Made by a program: the position numbers and the translations under genes. Source: a bacterium (lineage in GTDB: Bacteria; Zhuqueibacterota; Zhuqueibacteria; Residuimicrobiales; Krinioviventaceae). From it: DNA of 64,000 nt. Position 1 is the first letter of the stretch, and each line of letters begins with the position of its first letter. Below, piece after piece: positions 61,582 to 64,000 of the stretch. The notes under the pieces were generated by a model. The model did not search any database. It worked only from the letters and a program-made list of their open reading frames with translations, and had not been told where the DNA came from. Where the stretch lies: the NCBI GenBank assembly GCA_963693055.1, contig OY843751.1:2304001-2368000 (forward strand), given 5' to 3'.

Positions 61582-61956
61582 TTGAATTTTTTGAGTAGTA
61601 ATCACGATTTCAAAAAGTGTCCTATGTGTGAACATATTTGGGCAGATCGTATTGAATTGATGAGTGACACTAATGTTACAATCACCGGGTATATGGCAAA
61701 TTTTGAGGTTTTGGATTTGGGAATATTTGTATTTAATCATGCAACTTGCAATGGAACATTTTCTGTTAAAGGAAAATATTTTCTGGATTTGTATGAAGGT
61801 GAAATTTATGATGCATGCAAAATTGGTTCGGATGAGTGTTTGGGATATTGTCTGGATCATAATGTTCTTAAACCATGTTCTGCTGAATGTGAATGTGCCT
61901 ATGTTCGTGAGGTGATTCAGATAATTAAGCGTTGGCCAAAAGCAGTTTACAAATAG
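61582..61956 (+). CDS. Small Cys-rich hypothetical protein
   Basis: FKKCPMC, FNHATC, C..ECLGYC, CSAECECAYVRE; start uncertain. Confidence 0.7.
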   Translation: MNFLSSNHDFKKCPMCEHIWADRIELMSDTNVTITGYMANFEVLDLGIFVFNHATCNGTFSVKGKYFLDLYEGEIYDACKIGSDECLGYCLDHNVLKPCSAECECAYVREVIQIIKRWPKAVYK

Positions 61957-61986
61957 GCACAGGATATTTTAAAAGGGTTGTAACTG

Positions 61987-62706
61987 GTGGATGATATAAC
62001 TAAAAATGAACCTATCTTGATTCGTTATACTTTTACTATGGAAGACGGATTTAAAGAGGTATTTAACATACGTTTGGATCCAGTAACTTTGGATTTGATT
62101 GCCCAACGTCCCAAGGTGTTACCTGAATGGACGGAGCTAAGTTTTCACAAGTGTCCTCATTGTCCGCTTGAAAATGAAAAGAATTGCCCTTTGGCAGCCA
62201 GTTTGGTAAATATTGTAAAGCGTTTTAACAGATTGATTTCTTATGAAAGAATACATCTTGATGTAGAAACCAAAGAACGTTTTATTTCTCAACATACAAC
62301 TGCCCAAAAGGGGATCAGTGCATTAATGGGTTTGGTCTTTGCTTCGAGTGGGTGTCCGCATACCTGGTTTTTGCGCCCAATGGCAAGGTATCATTTGCCA
62401 CTTGCAAGCAGAGAAGAAACAATATATAGAGCAACATCAATGTATTTGTTGGCTCAGTATTTTATGAATAAACATAAAAAGCCTGTAGATCTGGATTTTG
62501 AAGGATTGACTCAACTATATAAAAACCTTGAAGATGTAAGCCTTTCAGTTGCCGAACGTTTAAATGTAGCAAGTAAGACCGATTCTACAATAAATGCGCT
62601 AATTTTGCTGGATGTATACAATAAAACCCTGCCAATGGCAATTGATACTTCTTTGGAACAACTGGAATATCTTTTCGATTTTTATATCAATAAAAAAAAT
62701 AATTGA
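61987..62706 (+). CDS. Conserved hypothetical protein (DUF6901-like)
   Basis: PEWTELSFHKCPHCPL, SGCP, LRPMARYHLPLA. Confidence 0.7.
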   Translation: MDDITKNEPILIRYTFTMEDGFKEVFNIRLDPVTLDLIAQRPKVLPEWTELSFHKCPHCPLENEKNCPLAASLVNIVKRFNRLISYERIHLDVETKERFISQHTTAQKGISALMGLVFASSGCPHTWFLRPMARYHLPLASREETIYRATSMYLLAQYFMNKHKKPVDLDFEGLTQLYKNLEDVSLSVAERLNVASKTDSTINALILLDVYNKTLPMAIDTSLEQLEYLFDFYINKKNN

Positions 62707-63081
62707 AACAATATTTAATTGAATTTGCATTAGAGCTTGTTCTATTTATTGTTTTTTGATGCAAAAATTTAACAAAATGAATAAATATTAATGGCTAACT
62801 GTGCTGTTTATATACATATAAAGATCCATAGTAAAATGTTCATTAATTGATGATAATTTTTTCTTTTTGATTAAAAAACAGGATTTAAATTTTAAACACA
62901 GCAATATTGTACTTTTAATACTAGTTTTTTCTTGCAATTTTAACTATTTATTCGTTTATTTTTTAAAATAGCGGTAAATATTTTTACTTTAGTGACTTGT
63001 TTTGCTTTTTTATAGTTGATTTGTATGGTACAAATTTTGCACTCAGGTAATTTGAATCGTCCGAATTTTCCGGGAGAATTG

Positions 63082-64000
63082 ATGGCCCAAAAGTCTGAAA
63101 ATCAGTTACAGTATTCAATTGATAAAGTGATTGAGGAAAATGAAAGACTAAAGAAACGCCTTGAATTAATTGAATCAAATTATGAAGAATTACTTTCAAA
63201 GGAAATTCGTTTTCATTCTTTGATTGAAAATCTTTCTGCCGGTTTTATTATTAATGATATTTTAGGCAATTGTATTTATGCTAATGATCATTTGGTTAAT
63301 CTTTTTGGATACAATTTACATGAAATTTTAAAAAGACCGTTAAAGCGATTAATTGATTCAAAGAGTTTTTATGTATATGAAACTGAATTAGCTAAAGTCA
63401 AAAATGGTGAATCATGTAGATTTGAACTTGAAATGATCCACCACAACAGGTCAATTATTTCTGTCCTGGTTACTTTGAGTCCACTCATAGACCAGAATGG
63501 AAATTATAATGGTAATTATGGACTTTTATCAGATGTTACCAAAAGAAAACAGGCACAAAAGGCATTATTAGAGAATGAAGAGAAATATCGAAACCTTGTG
63601 GAAAGAGCTCACGATGGTATTGGAATCATTCAGGATGATTATTTTAAATATGTCAATAATCAATTAGCTCTCTTGACGGAATCTTCAGTTGAAGAATTGA
63701 TGAATAAACCCTTTTTGAATATTTTTTCTAAAGATGATCAGGAAAAATTGTCTAAAGAATATTCACGGCATTTAAATGGAGAGGTTTCTGACAAAATTTA
63801 TCAGGCAAAACTGTGTACAAAGTTTGGAAATATAAAATATGTTGAGATAAATGGTGGTTTTATACATTACCAGGGACAAAATGCCGATTTAATCATCATT
63901 CGAGATATCTCTGATAGAAAAAAAATTAATGCTGAGCTTATTGAGAGCCGAAAAAAATATAAAGTACTTGAAGCTAATATTCCATTGGGAATTTACCGAT
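63082..64000 (+). CDS. Multi-PAS sensor protein, 3'-truncated by the window edge
   Basis: Not in the ORF track. GGGAG RBS and ATG 63082; frame reads MAQKSENQ...RFHSLIENLS...DVTKRKQAQKALLENEEKYRNLVE...RDISDRKK to the edge. Confidence 0.85.
   Translation, partial: MAQKSENQLQYSIDKVIEENERLKKRLELIESNYEELLSKEIRFHSLIENLSAGFIINDILGNCIYANDHLVNLFGYNLHEILKRPLKRLIDSKSFYVYETELAKVKNGESCRFELEMIHHNRSIISVLVTLSPLIDQNGNYNGNYGLLSDVTKRKQAQKALLENEEKYRNLVERAHDGIGIIQDDYFKYVNNQLALLTESSVEELMNKPFLNIFSKDDQEKLSKEYSRHLNGEVSDKIYQAKLCTKFGNIKYVEINGGFIHYQGQNADLIIIRDISDRKKINAELIESRKKYKVLEANIPLGIYR

Noticed and set aside
62707-63081. Long AT-rich intergenic region
   Set aside because: No convincing repeat, hairpin or RNA motif; probably just the promoter region of the PAS gene.

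Overview
AT-rich bacterial chromosomal window. Three secreted proteins end in a 'N(Y/F)PNPFNP' FlgD-Ig/T9SS-like tail and there are several carbohydrate-active enzymes, which suggests an FCB-group organism such as KSB1 or Calditrichaeota (inference). Contents: the 3' end of xylA, a 2696-aa secreted SGNH/Ig-repeat protein, an ECF sigma/anti-sigma/DUF4097 operon, eda-pyk, an MMPL-LolA-barrel operon, MFS transporters, GH36- and GH92-like glycosidases, rapA, an arsR-permease-thioredoxin operon, tRNA-Arg(CCT) and a truncated PAS sensor. The standout is a 1839-bp element (50421-52259) inside the ars-like operon. It has 15-bp subterminal inverted repeats and a flanking TA duplication, and removing it restores a TAA stop codon. 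It encodes only two paralogous DUF1670-like proteins with no recognisable DDE, HUH, serine or canonical tyrosine recombinase, so it is a candidate new type of insertion sequence. All family assignments come from motif recognition by eye, not from database searches.
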